DNA of 38,731 nucleotides from Octopus bimaculoides (GCF_001194135.2 NC_068999.1:14080226-14118956); one strand, 5' to 3'. Counted from the stretch's first letter, positions 1 through 12,520 are shown. The notes: a model not told the origin generated them from the sequence alone. Program-made: numbers and translations.

Positions 1-50
1 TTCTTGTTCTTGCTCCTCTTCTTCTTCTTCTTCTTCTTCTTCTTCTTCTT

Positions 51-127
<77 letters not shown>

Positions 128-136
128 CATCATCAT
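1..136. repeat. Compound trinucleotide microsatellite (TTC)n-(TTA)n-(CAT)n
   Basis: Directly visible tandem triplets. Confidence 0.97.
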
Positions 137-1847
137 CGAGAATAACAACGTCACCATAGTTCTAGTGCCAGGCATCAGCCACATACTGGATGAACGTTAA
201 GTTCGTTCGTTTAGATCTACAGTTTTGAATACGGGCATTTCACTCTGGATAGTGTAGCTTATGAGGGAATATCACAATTGCAATGAACGTCGTTAATATA
301 TGTGTTCTATAATGGTTGATTTGTGTATAAATGACAAGACACGCCTAAACTGAAAATTAAGTGAGACAACGCTTGCGCTAATTTCCAGATTTGCATAAAC
401 CATCTAATGTATTCCCGTGTAGCACTCTCTTCGATTCATGCAACTGCCAAATTTCGATCCGTTAAGTAAAGACTGAGTCAAATTACTGACTATTACTTGT
501 ATTCTAGGATGGCTATAATGAAGTTACGTATATGCACACTTTATTTAACTGTATTCATGTCCATCCATTGGGCAATTATGCTCCTCTAATTATCGAAGCC
601 TCATTAATTGCTTTATGTCTAGAATGAATCATGGCAATGCCTGCATTTTATTAATCATACAGCTATATGACATTTATGACAAGGAATGCTATCAGTTGTA
701 CTTCATTGACCTTCAACAGCATTTACACAATGAGTCACCTTATAACAAAGGTAGTAAATAGATATCAAAAATATATAATCATTTTCAATAAAATAAATCA
801 ACTATTTTCTTCCTCACATACATCCACATACCTTATGGGATTTATATGGGAACGTATAGATATATAGTATCACTTTGTATATTTCGAATACCTTTCCAAG
901 TTTTAATGCTATTTCTTCACTACCAGATAGTGTACCTCATACTCCTATTATATGAATTCAAAGCTGTACACTCAAACAAATAAATACCTAACCAATATCG
1001 CCACATTTTGATTCATGTCAAATACTATAAATGTTTCCTTTTACTATTTAGTTGTTGAGGAAAGAAAATAATCACAAATGCGTTTACTTTATTACAGAAA
1101 GAAACACTAATGTCTGGAATGTTATCTTTCAGGTTTATTCTGTCTAGAGACAGGCGTACTGATCGCCTCGATATATTTCTAAAAATATGCCTAGTGGTTT
1201 TAACTATTGGCTTTAAGAGATAAATCTCGATTGTATCATCAGCTTAATCATGTTTTCCTTAAGAGACGAGGAAATGATATGACTATTACCACGTTACTGC
1301 TTTTAGTCGAGTTTATAACAATATAGGAGGTATATCATTCATTCATACCGTCTATGCTGGCGGATTCTGTTTGTAGCGTATACTCTAGGTTTACCGTATC
1401 AAACCAAAATTACGTAGAAGCTTCATCATTCGCAAGTTTCATTTAATACATTTTTGGACACCAGCACGACATGGGAAATCTACTGTGTTCTGATTCGAAA
1501 TCTATATCAACTTCGAAAAACCAATAAAAACACAGACCTACGAAACTGACTAGATTTGAATGCCCAATAAATTTAACTACAAGTCTATATCGAATGTTTC
1601 GCTGCCTTTGATAATATTTCAAGGTTATTGGAATAGTAAATATATTGAATATTCACACTCTAGTAAATATAAGTTATTGCTACTCTATATTGAACCTACA
1701 GTGAAAACATTCTACAAAAGCTATTAGAATTACCGTAAAAATAGGCGAACGTCGCCTGATTGACGTGTTTGCCATTTTATATTTTCCCTCTCTGAATACA
1801 TACCCAGCTTTGTTTTTGAAACTATTCAAGAGAGGACCTATTTTATG

Positions 1848-2173
1848 TCGTTGGCACACCGCCGCTTACGACGTCTAGGGTTCCAATCGACCCTATCAAT
1901 GGAACGGCCTGCTCGTGAAATTAACGTGCAAGTGACTGAGCAATCCACAGACACGTGTACCCTTACCGTAGTTCTCGGGGATATTCAGCGTGACACAGAA
2001 TGTGACAAGGCTGACCCTTTGAATTACAGGCTCAACAGAAACAGGAAGTAANNNNNNNNNNGCTTTAGGTGTTTTCCCTCAATAAACACTCACAAGGCCC
2101 GGTCTGGGAATCGAAACCGTGATCCTATAGCAGCGAGTCTGCTGCCCTAACCACTGGGCCATTGCGCATCCAC
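1848..2173 (-). mobile_element. Full-length tRNA-derived SINE with 12-bp target-site duplication
   Basis: Minus strand has A box TGGCCCAGTGG (2161-2151) and B box GGTTTCGATTCCC (2118-2106). Identical ACCTATTTTATG flanks at 1836-1847 and 2174-2185. A 10-N gap lies at 2052-2061. Confidence 0.87.
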
Positions 2174-2685
2174 ACCTATTTTATGAAGCAATTATAAATT
2201 AAACTAGGGTATGAATGGATAAATGTACTTGCCTTAATTTTGCTTTTTATAAGGCTTTTGATTCATAACTCTATTTTGACTCTTGATTTACATTATAATT
2301 CTACGTAAAATCCAAATCATTTAGTTAATGACGAGACGGCAAATGCCCAAAAGTGCAAAGTATGTCATCTGAGTATTTGCTTGCCTAATCGGGGAATGAT
2401 TCACATAGCAGGCTGACATGCTATATGAATCGAAGTGGGTTGCCGTATACGTCTTTCCTGGAGACTGGTCAATAGAAATCGATACCATATCACTTTCTCA
2501 ATACAACAGTGGCACAGATTGAATGACAAAGAGGGAGAGATAGCCACTGGTCTTTGATGAGAGAGATAAAATCCTGGCAATCTTATATTTAATTTTCCAG
2601 TGAAATTCTTCACTGATATCGAAAAGGTGAAAACAAGCAATGTTAATTCTCTAAATGAAGTATTAACAGTAACTGCACGATAAAA

Positions 2686-2975
2686 TGTAGTATATTGCCA
2701 CTTAAGTGTGGCTGACCCCTAGGGGTGGATGTTACTGTTGCTTTTAGCCCCAGGAGGACATCTCTAATACTTCATTTAGAGTATTAACATTGCTTGTCGG
2801 ACGCCGACGAAGGGAAATAACCCTGAAACCCGGGTCCGTTCGTGCTACAGACCATGATGGGAGGGGTAACTTCCCTTGGCAAACAGGACACAGNNNNNNN
2901 NNNNNNNNNNNNNNNNNNNNNNNNNNNNNNNNNNNNNCCCCTAGGGGTCAGCCACACTTAAGTGGCAATATACTA

Positions 2976-2977
<2 letters not shown>
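2686..2977. mobile_element. Short non-autonomous element bounded by perfect 40-bp inverted repeats (Penelope-type inverted end or MITE)
   Basis: 2686-2725 TGTAGTATATTGCCACTTAAGTGTGGCTGACCCCTAGGGG is the exact reverse complement of 2938-2977. The right copy starts at the edge of a 44-N gap, so the repeat may be longer. No TSD seen. Confidence 0.75.
2798..2842 (+). ncRNA. Minimal type I hammerhead ribozyme-like motif
   Basis: Stem I CGGACG (2798-2803) / CGTTCG (2837-2842, one G-U); core CCGACGA (2804-2810; canonical CUGANGA); stem II AGGG-aaataa-CCCT; GAAA (2825-2828); palindromic stem III ACCCGGGT; GUC cleavage triplet ending at 2836. Confidence 0.6.

Positions 2978-2978
<1 letters not shown>

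Positions 2979-3059
<81 letters not shown>
2979..3059. repeat. (TA)n(GA)n microsatellite
   Basis: Directly visible. Confidence 0.97.
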
Positions 3060-3062
<3 letters not shown>

Positions 3063-3280
3063 GTGAGTGTGTGTTTACCTCCTTAGGTAACAGACAATGG
3101 GACTTTTACTCTTCAAGTTTCCTTTTTTATATACTTAAACTGTGTCGCGTATAACACACTTATTGAAATACTAATGGCAATGCAATTATTTCCAGACGGA
3201 AGGGTTTTTTTCCAGTAAAAACAGCAACTATATCAAGTATAAGCCATGCCGTTCATATTTAACATGGGTGTTGTTAGAAT

Positions 3281-3537
3281 TCTTCTTCCTCTTCTTCTTC
3301 TTCTCCTCTTCTTCTTCTTTTTCTTCTTCTTCTTCTTCTTCTTCTTCTTCTTCTTCTTCTTCTTGTTCTTCTTCTTCTTCTTCTTGTTCTTGTTCTTCTT
3401 CTTGTTCTTGTTCTTGTTCTTCTTCTTCTTCTTCTTCTTCTTCTTCTTCTTCTTCTTCTTCTTCTTTTTCTTCTTCTTCTTCTTCACCTTCTCCTCATCC
3501 TCATCATCCTCCTTCTTCTTCCTCATTGTCATCATCA
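3281..3537. repeat. Imperfect (TTC)n microsatellite with TTG/CAT/CCT variants
   Basis: Directly visible; explains the poly-K, poly-F and poly-S ORFs at 3233-3671. Confidence 0.96.
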
Positions 3538-4751
3538 TTCGCTTTACTATATGTTATCGCTTTTCACAGTTTTGCGATGCGATTCCTTATGTTCAGCTCC
3601 TTTATTTCAAATTTCATAACATTCTATATACAATCTGCTCATCGATTTCTACAATACAGATAAAATTTTAATATATCTAAGTAGATCTTCCGTTTTCTAA
3701 ACTTGCAGTCAGATATGCTAATATCTCCAGGTTTTTCAATAATCACTCTCTTATTAAATGAATAATATTTGCCGTAAGATGAAGACATTCATGAATAATT
3801 TTGGATTGCTCGTCTTACTGTTTGATGTCTTCATACCATCTTTTGTCCTGCTTACTATTCCAGCTATATAATTTAGGTTAGTAAAAGACACCCTTCATGT
3901 CAATGTATTCATGAAATTTAAATTAGTACGTCAATTCAATAGTTAATCATCTAAATATTCCGTTTAAATGTTACCTGAAATTTGCCATGTATTTTGGTCT
4001 GGATACAAATACACATTGATATTGTATCCGAAAACATATTACAATCCGATAACATCATTACTCTAACATAAGTATTTCCGTCAGAGCACGTTTAACGACG
4101 AGCATTGTAATCCTCCAAACTCCATAAGTTTTTAATATCTTAATTTGCGAATACATACATATATACATGTATACATCTACATATAATTTTACATCGGTGT
4201 GACATTATTAATTTTCAAGAGAAGACAAACAAATGATTTCAGTGCATTTTGAAATAGAATTAAAAGATTCCAAGCAAGTCTTAGAAAATTAATCTGGTCT
4301 GTTAAAGACAGAAACAAAGACTACACTATCAAATGATAATTTGTACGGCAAAACAATACAGGCCTGAAACTAATAAATGTGACTTACGTTTCGGAGAATT
4401 TCAACAATCTTTTTACATCTAATTGTAATGTAATATATTCTGGACAGGTACAAGCTTTGAGATGCTTTCACATGTGAAAGTATACGTTTGCCCAGGATAA
4501 ATGTGCAATAAATATCTAAACGACAGAAACGTTTTTGCAATGATGGACTATAAGTGATTATCCAATCAAAACTTGAACCGAAGACAGTTCACCTCTAAAT
4601 TAATGAATAAATCTACATCATACAGCGTAGAGAAGATAACTGAAAAATGTTAAACAGTTAATCAAAGGTTATTATGTAAAAGCACTTAAGAAACTGCACC
4701 GGTTAATAATCGGTGCCGTTGAAACATACGTCGGTATATTTAGAGCGCTAT

Positions 4752-4910
4752 ATATGTGTGTGTGTCCGTGTGTGTATGTAAGTATATATGTATGTCTGCA
4801 TATAAATATGCATATCTGTATGTATGTATGTATATGCATATATATATACACTATGTATATGTCTGTTTGTCTGTCTATATGTATGTTTGTCTGTCTATCT
4901 GTCTGTCTGT
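4752..4910. repeat. Degenerate (TG)/(TA)/(TCTG) microsatellite tract
   Basis: Directly visible. Confidence 0.9.
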
Positions 4911-7076
4911 TTCGTTTGAGATGTATCCTTAATGTGATAATCGTTTCTCCTTCCGCCTTTCCTTGCTGAGAATTTCCCATTTATTTACATGATTTGGTAT
5001 CTTACCTCTATAAACTTTCCAAGTGTTTGACTGAAAATTCTGGGAATACATATCGTAATTAAGACTTCCAATCTGGTTGTGCCTTTACCTGGCGTACATT
5101 ATTATAATACGTCATACATATCAGTGACTCTATAAAATGCATAGTTCCGGTTTATCAGTTTGTTTATTCCTTATGTTTAATCGTACAGCTCAAAATTTCA
5201 GGCCAAGAATTGTACTTCATGTTCTCTCCTCAACTCAGAATGTTTCGTTCAAAGTATGTTTTCCTCCAAACATATATTTTGCTGAGGTATTGTTTCCCTT
5301 TTGATTTTGCATTTTCCGTCTTACTACCCGATCTGTTGCACAGAAGACATAAATTCTTCTTCATATATGATGTACATCCCCTGAGGTTAAGTCTTCTTTT
5401 GCTAACGTTATTCATGTTGACAAACTAACATAATTTTTCTCTGAGTATGCTGTTTTCATCCAGTTTTCTTACTTTGTGTATAGTTTTCGATGTTCCGCTG
5501 TTTCAAACTCAAAGAATTACCGTCACCAATGGAAGTAAACTTAAATTATATATAACAGGAATGTGAAGAGTTGAACTTCGAGCATTCTTTCATTATTAAA
5601 TATATACAAATCTGCACTTCGACTAACTACCCCAGAATATTTCCTAAAATAATAGTATTTTTATGATGATTTAAATATTAGTCAATATTACTAAGTGTTT
5701 ATTTGAATTTGATTAAAAATTTTGTATTAAATATGAACTACGATTTCATTGCATATATTTTATATAAACATATCTCAGATTGATGAGAACACATTACAAT
5801 GAATTATCATGCAATTCAACTATGTAAATATATGTTGCCTATGTCTAGAAACAGAAATAGAAATGCTAAAACGCGATTTTGTTGTGTTACTCAAACTAAA
5901 CTGTGGTACTCTGATCTCAACAATTTCACATATGCTGTACGAAAATATGACATTAAAGGTAAGTTTCGATATGGAAGATCATGTGGCTTCCTCAACGCAT
6001 CATATTGCATTCTGTTTTTTTTTAATTTTGTTTTAATGAAATGCTTTTAGTTCATGACCAAATCCGTTATCATATACGATCCTTCTTTGAATGGTATTGT
6101 TTTCTCTCTTCCTGATTTTGGATGTTTACGGAAGGATTAAAGAGTGAATGAAGGATATTTTAATGTTTTTTTTTTTAGATGTAGTTTTGTTAATAAGGAC
6201 AATTCTGTTTTATAATCCCGTTGTTAATATTGATGGGTTGTGAGTTTTGAGGTAATGCTAATTGACCGCGGAACAGATTCTACAGATAAATCTATGAATA
6301 TTTTAGTGTAATAAAGGAGTCGTTCACATTTTCCATTTTATTTTTATATGTTGCCTGCATTTTATATGGATTTCAAAGAAATGTATAATGCATGGGTGAT
6401 TTGTTATTTTGTGAATGTTTGTGAGATAAAGATGAAAAATGCAGACGATGCAACTCTATGTTATTGATAGCCTATGCTATGTAGAAAATGATACCTGGAA
6501 ATCTCAATGCAAATCGCACGAAAAGAAAATCAAATAGGTATATCAGTAGGCATTTACACACATTTTTATGCAAACCACTGACCCGTGTTTCCACATTCTA
6601 AAGCAATAATTTCAAAGACATCTACGAGTAATGCACAATTTCTGAAATAAACATAGATGGGTAAATGATAAAAGAAACATTTAGTAAGGTGTATAATAAG
6701 GGTATTGAAAATATAACGGGATAATCGTGAAATGTACAACAATCTACGGAACCACAAATACAAGAAGTCCCAAATACATTGTCAAATATACAGGACATAA
6801 GAGTACTGTTGGCTTCGATGCCCTAAATGCTAATGCAGAAACGATGTATTCATGAAATTTATATTCACCCAATATTACAATATTAAATACGCATTCGCAC
6901 ACGCAGAGATAGATTTAGATATATGCGTATGTAAGTTAGATGGTATATATATATATATATATACACACACATTGACAAAATATACAGCTGTCAATTCATT
7001 GCGGCCGTTTCAAGAGGCTCCATTTAATTAATTAATGAGAAGATCATATCAATTTTAAAGAATCCGTTCTCTTCAG

Positions 7077-7103
7077 ATGGCCAGAGAGGCATCAGACATA
7101 AAG
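7077..7103 (+). CDS. Candidate 27-nt micro-exon (unverified)
   Basis: Acceptor TCCGTTCTCTTCAG, donor AAG|GTAAGA; open in two frames (MAREASDIK or xGQRGIRHK). No recognised homology. Confidence 0.2.
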
Positions 7104-7955
7104 GTAAGATAAACCATTATCATAAATAAACTCACCTCACTAATGGAAACCAATATATTTATTATGTTTCCTATTGTTAGATCTCTGGCAGAAGTTGTTT
7201 AGAAATGATTGCATACCCTATTTAGCCTAGTATAGAGAGTAGAATTTGTGGGTATCATGACAAAAGTGGTGGTGATGTACATACTTATACATAGAAGATT
7301 TTTACGAAGCATGTAATCATCAACCATTTAGAATTGAATTCATAGTGAATTGTCAACTGTATTCAAGTTGATGAGATACATCAATTCAAGTCATACAATC
7401 TACTAGACTCTCAATTTACTGTCAGTATATATCTAACATTATCTATATAAAAGAGTATATCGAAGAGTTGCTGGTAAGAGAATGACTGATAAGGAAGTGG
7501 TGATCACTGGATAAAAGGGTAGGTGTGGCCAATACTTATTTAGATTGAAAAAAACAAAAGGGATAAGTAACATAACATTAGCGGTGGAAATTCGAATTGA
7601 AGGAAGCAAGAGGTAGTAATTTATAACTTTGAAATGTATTTTATTAAATTAAGAATATTTAAATCAATATATAGAATAAGGAGAGGAATAAAACTTAAAA
7701 CCTAATAATTTGATACGATATATAAAAGGAACTAATGAAACTTTACTTAAGCAAATTATTAAAAAGGTCATGAAAGAACATTCTATAATGAAAGTATAAC
7801 TGAATTAAATTATCACATGAGTAGAAGTACACAGTAAATATCAAGGCAATTGCAAGAAATATTTCCTTCATCGCATAAGGATAAGTATAAGATATGGTGT
7901 CGAATGTAAGTACCTAATTCAATTGAATCTTAATTATATATATACTCTTTTGAAC

Positions 7956-8118
7956 ACACATACATATATATGCACACACTTATGAACATATATACATACA
8001 CATCACCCTCTTTCAGTCTGTCTGTCTGTATGTCTGTATATCTCTCTATCTCTCTCTTTCTCTCTCTCTCTCTATCTCTCTCTCTCTCTACACACACACA
8101 TATATACGTACATATATA
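7956..8118. repeat. Compound (CA)/(TA)/(TCTG)/(TC) microsatellite
   Basis: Directly visible. Confidence 0.92.
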
Positions 8119-8399
8119 TAGTTGAAAATATGTGGAAAGCAAATATAAAAAAGTAGATGAGATATGCTTTCGTTTCATATAGTTTATCTTTTTTTATGAA
8201 ATCCAACTGGTTTTCGCTATTAAAGCTAGCGTTTCAAGGAACTTCTCACTAATCAATTCTCGTCACAAAAAGGTATTTTCTGATGTTTGAAAAATAGGAA
8301 AAAGTCTCGAGAATGAACCAAGGGACGCAACATGTGGGAAGGGGAACAACTGGCTCCTTAGTATAATTTTTAAAATGGTCAAATTTGTATATTGAAGTG

Positions 8400-8820
8400 T
8401 ATTCTGCTCTTTTTATGAACAGGTTTTCCTTGTTTAGGTGTTCTTGTACTGAGATTGAATCTTTGCATTGGTATAATGAGAAGATATGAAAATTCGATGA
8501 TTTATAACTTGCGCATCTGTTGATATGTCCGCTCGTGCTACCTGCCTGTATTGAGGGAAACGAATCTGTTCTTTATGCAGCATTACTCTGCGTCTCAAAA
8601 TGAAGCTCATTTGGCCCACATAATTGTGACCACAACCTGAGTAGGTTAGGACATAGATAAGGTTATGGAAAGCAAATGTGAAGTTGGTCTGAATTAAGAT
8701 TGTTTTCCTTGTTGGAATGCGAAACCCGAGCTTTCAGTTAGGTATGGCCATGTACCACTATTAGGTCGTCTGTATTTTTTAACTGCTGATATTGTATGTA
8801 TTGGGTATAGTTTTGCATTT
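8400..8820 (-). pseudogene. Penelope-like retroelement fragment: linker plus GIY-YIG endonuclease, two frameshifts
   Basis: Manual translation: NAKLYPIHTISAVKKYRRPNSGTWPYLTESSGFAFQQGKQ / LIQTNFTFAFHNLIYVLTYSGCGHNYVGQMSFILRRRVMLHKEQIRFPQYRQVA / TSGHINRCASYKSSNFHIFSLYQCKDSISVQEHLNKENLFIKR. This fits the PLE pattern N-x-IY-xxx-C-xx-C-xxx-Y-(I/V)-G-Q...L-xx-R-xxx-H, plus the final E-xx-FI helix. Confidence 0.85.
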
Positions 8821-9534
8821 ACTTGAGTGATATATATATATATATATATATAAGTATAAATTTGTATACATATAAATGCATATATGAAAACATACTTGCA
8901 CTAATACATGTACAGGTATATATTGGGTACACACATAGAGACAGACACGCGTGTATGTATCGATTATTTGATTTCTGCGTAGTGTGCTTGCACCATGGCA
9001 GCCGTGTGATTGCCTCCTCCACGACAAATCTTTTGGGATAACAATCTTTTGTGTAACTGATGTAGCAAATGGGAAACAGGCTTTAGAAAATAAATGAATA
9101 TTAGTGACGGAATTAATATTAATAACAAATGACACTATAAGCTACTTAACTATGTGCATTATTAAACCCGCGAATCCTGCGGTATTAACGACAGCTCTTT
9201 TCAGTTATGATTCTGTTGTGTAGTTATGATGCACTATGGGGGATCATTTGATGCCCAAGAAATAGTTTGTTTGCTTCATCTAACCAAATAGTGTGTGGAC
9301 AAGTTTAACATTGCCACCATGGTTTATTTGTATACATATACATACATGCACATGTTCATATACATATACAAACAACATATATATATATGCATATATATAC
9401 ATGTATANNNNNNNNNNNNNNNNNNNNNNNNNNNNNNNNNNNNNNNNNNNNNNNNNNNNNNNNNNNNNNNNNNNNNNNNNNNNNNNNNNNNNNNNNNNNN
9501 NNNNNNNTATATGTGCGTGAGTGTGTATGTTCGT

Positions 9535-9746
9535 GTGTATGTGCTTGTCCCGCCAACATTGCTTGATAACCGATGCTGGTGTGTTCACGTCGCCGTAACA
9601 GCGATTTGGCAACAACAGACCGATAAGTACCAGGCTTATAAATAATAAATCCTGGGGTCGTGTTGTTCGACTAAAATGCGGTGCTCCAGTTCCGCCGCAG
9701 TAAAATGACTGAAAAACAATTTAAGAATAAAAGAATAAAAAGAATA
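9535..9746 (+). mobile_element. 3' half of microsatellite-containing SINE (family B)
   Basis: Matches the 3' halves at 16385-16570 and 34715-34918 (TTGCTTGATAACCGATGCTGG...CTGGGGTCG...GACTAAA...GTGCTCCAG...AAATGACTGAAA) and ends in AAAGAAT-like tail repeats. The 5' part may lie in gap 9408-9507. Confidence 0.8.
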
Positions 9747-10181
9747 TGTCTTAATTTTTGTACGAGCCGCATCACTATATATATTTTACTATATGCAAAT
9801 TTACGTTTATCCAATTCGAGATTGTATATTTTCTCCTATCTTTCCGTACAGTAAAACTGTTTATTTACACCCGAGAGTATTATAATATGCATTGTAATGT
9901 TACGAGCGTGTATATGTAACACAGTGTGCTGACTCTCTAATTATTAACTCGATTATCCTTTTTTGAATTTACTTATCAAATATATACACGGAATACATTC
10001 AATGTTGAATTTTTTATTCCTGTCTCCACATGGGTACGCCAAAATAACCGGGAAGTATTTCCCGCTTCTTTGATGAAGATATATACAGATAAACTTAATT
10101 CCCTTTAATCTGTCGGATACGTAGTTGTTCGTCTTTGGTGAGGTGAGAATTCTGTTTATTTATATGTATTTTTGGGACGAT

Positions 10182-10243
10182 ATTGTGCTGATGAACCAAA
10201 TCTAGATTCATTCTAGTAATCGCGAAATCGGTCGATACACAAT
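10182..10243 (+). ncRNA. Degenerate hammerhead-like motif
   Basis: CTGATGA (10188-10194), hairpin CTAGA/TCTAG, GAAATCGGTC (10224-10233). ATTGTG/CACAAT stem I is out of register by 4 nt. Confidence 0.33.
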
Positions 10244-10721
10244 TAAGTCTATTTAAAAGAAAGTTGGTAGTCTTCTGTTGGTTGTTTTTTCCTCGCATTA
10301 GGTAATAAATGTGGTTATTTTGAGAAGTCCACTGTGTGACGTTATTATTTTTCTCTAATAATGCCCTTTATATAAATATAGATATATATATGTATGTGTG
10401 TGTGAGAGAGAGAGAGAAAGAGATAGAGAGGTTACTGATAGTTCATTTTATTCACCTTATAGCACAAAGTGCTGTAAGGTAATCAATTTCATAAGACAAC
10501 TGCTTCCTTTGTCATCACAATTTCCTATCATCGCTCTGTACTTGACAAACGCCTTTTACTAAAAAATGTTCATTGAGTTCTAACACCAGGTCATTAGCAT
10601 AATAATATTAGGGACAACATCCAAAATTACAGGTAAAAAACTCAATTAAAATCAATTTATAAAAATTAAAATTAATTTGAGCCTTATAGATAGTTCTTGA
10701 AATTTGGTTATTTTCCCTAAA

Positions 10722-10914
10722 ACTATATATTTTATATATATATATATATATATNNNNNNNNNNNNNNNNNNNNNNNNNNNNNNNNNNNNNNNNNNNNNNN
10801 NNNNNNNNNNNNNNNNNNNNNNNNNNNNNNNNNNNNNNNNNNNNNNNNNNNNNNNNNNNNNNNNNNNNNNNNNNNNNNNNNNNNNNNNNNNNATATAAAT
10901 ATATATTTATATAT

Positions 10915-10997
<83 letters not shown>

Positions 10998-11090
10998 TAT
11001 ATATATATATATACATACGTATACATACAATACATACATAAATACACGCATGCCATACACACATACACACACATAAATATATATGCACAT
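10722..11090. repeat. (TA)n/(CA)n microsatellite block spanning gap 10754-10892
   Basis: Directly visible. Confidence 0.92.
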
Positions 11091-12325
11091 TTACTGACAG
11101 GGAGGAAGATGTGTAAACAGATATATGTATATATAGAGAGAAATAAAGACAGACGAATGACAAATATAAGAGTCTATGTTTTCCGTTAAACTGTTAGGAA
11201 ATATCAGGAAAATGATTGATATATTTTGCCTGATAACAGACTCGGAAGTGGTGATGTAAGAATACTTAGAATGGTAAAAGCATCCAGTTAAGTGACAATG
11301 TAAATAACACTTAATTTAATTATAAAGAACATACGAAAAACGTACAGGAATCAATTTCTGAATCTTCAATTTCCCATGTCAATTATCGGTAAAAAACTTC
11401 ATATGAGGCAGTCAAAATTAAATATTATATGAAATAAATACATTATCTTAAAGTTTTCATTGACGCTCATTTAGATATTTGCATATCACAAGAAACCATG
11501 CAGAAAAAGATATAAATCAAAATATTAAGCTTAATTGTTTATAAAACACTATATAATTTATGTAGCTAGAAAAATTGTTACCTTTAAAATTATTCAACTG
11601 TAGGTACTGTAGTTAATCATAACATTTGTTTTATAGTAGATGAAATCTGAAGACACACATCTTACATAATTCTGTTTATACAATAAAGGAAATGAAATTG
11701 AGTGACGTACGATTTGACGCCTTCAATAACCATTTTTAAGACTATAATATACCATTTTAATAGACGTGTTATCTTTACCAATGTCATACACTCACATACA
11801 CGCATACATGCGCAAGTACGCACAGACGCACCTATATTCTCGAACATATACGCACCTACGCATATTATATACGTACATGTATACCTACATACGAACATAT
11901 ATACGTATAAATGTATATACGCTCATCTTTACTTATATACATGCATACATATATACGTATATATAAGCACATATATATGTACATGCAAGCACAAACATAT
12001 ATATTCCTGAACTTAGAAACTATACTTCTTTTATGTTGTGTTCATGAATTTAGTTGACCAAAATGATTCTTTTTAACTCTTGCATTAAGGCAATACACAC
12101 TATGTTTTAATAATAGCTCAATGCATAACCAACATACGTTTTCTAGTTTGTCTTCTCAATGTAAATTACTATCATGCCAGCAGATATAATTCATCAGACA
12201 TAAGTTGTTTTGAACATACAGTGCAGAATTGAGAAACAAACAGTGGTTTTAAATATTGTAAATCGGGGTCAGCTCTATAAAATAGACAAATTAAAGAAAA
12301 CGCTTTAACTCTTATACGTTTCGTC

Positions 12326-12520
12326 AAGGCGGTGAGCTGGCAAGGTCGTTATTACGTCGGAGAAAATGTTTGCAGCATTCCGTCCCTCTTTACCTCCTGA
12401 ATTCAAATACCAGTGAGGTCGAATCCAACATTCATTCTTTTGTGGCTGATGAACGATGTGCCAATTCAGTAATGGGGTCGATGTAATTGATTGGCATCCT
12501 TACCCCAAATGGCAAAATTT
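12326..12520 (+). mobile_element. Diverged tRNA-derived SINE (family A)
   Basis: Head AAGGCGGTGAGCTGGCA, B-box-like GAATTCAAATAC, body GAGGTCGA...TTCATTCTTT...GGGGTCGATGTAATTGA, shared with the copies at 15180, 20362 and 34361. Confidence 0.75.

Noticed and set aside
2100-2173. tRNA gene
   Set aside because: A and B boxes are present, but the sequence continues into a SINE body bounded by a TSD; no complete cloverleaf seen. The same reasoning applies to 27322-27380 (no TSD found there).
3233-3671. ORFs of 101-141 aa (poly-K, poly-F, poly-S)
   Set aside because: Translations of the (TTC)n microsatellite in different frames.
4696-4716. 9-bp GC-rich hairpin GCACCGGTT/AATCGGTGC as Helitron 3' end
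   Set aside because: No CTRR terminus at the expected distance on either strand and no second copy in the window.
8225-8270. Hammerhead relic (minus strand, GTGACGA...GAAACGCT) downstream of the GIY-YIG fragment
   Set aside because: The position is as expected for a PLE end, but the core has C3-to-G, there is no NUH triplet in register and no stem I; too degenerate to call.
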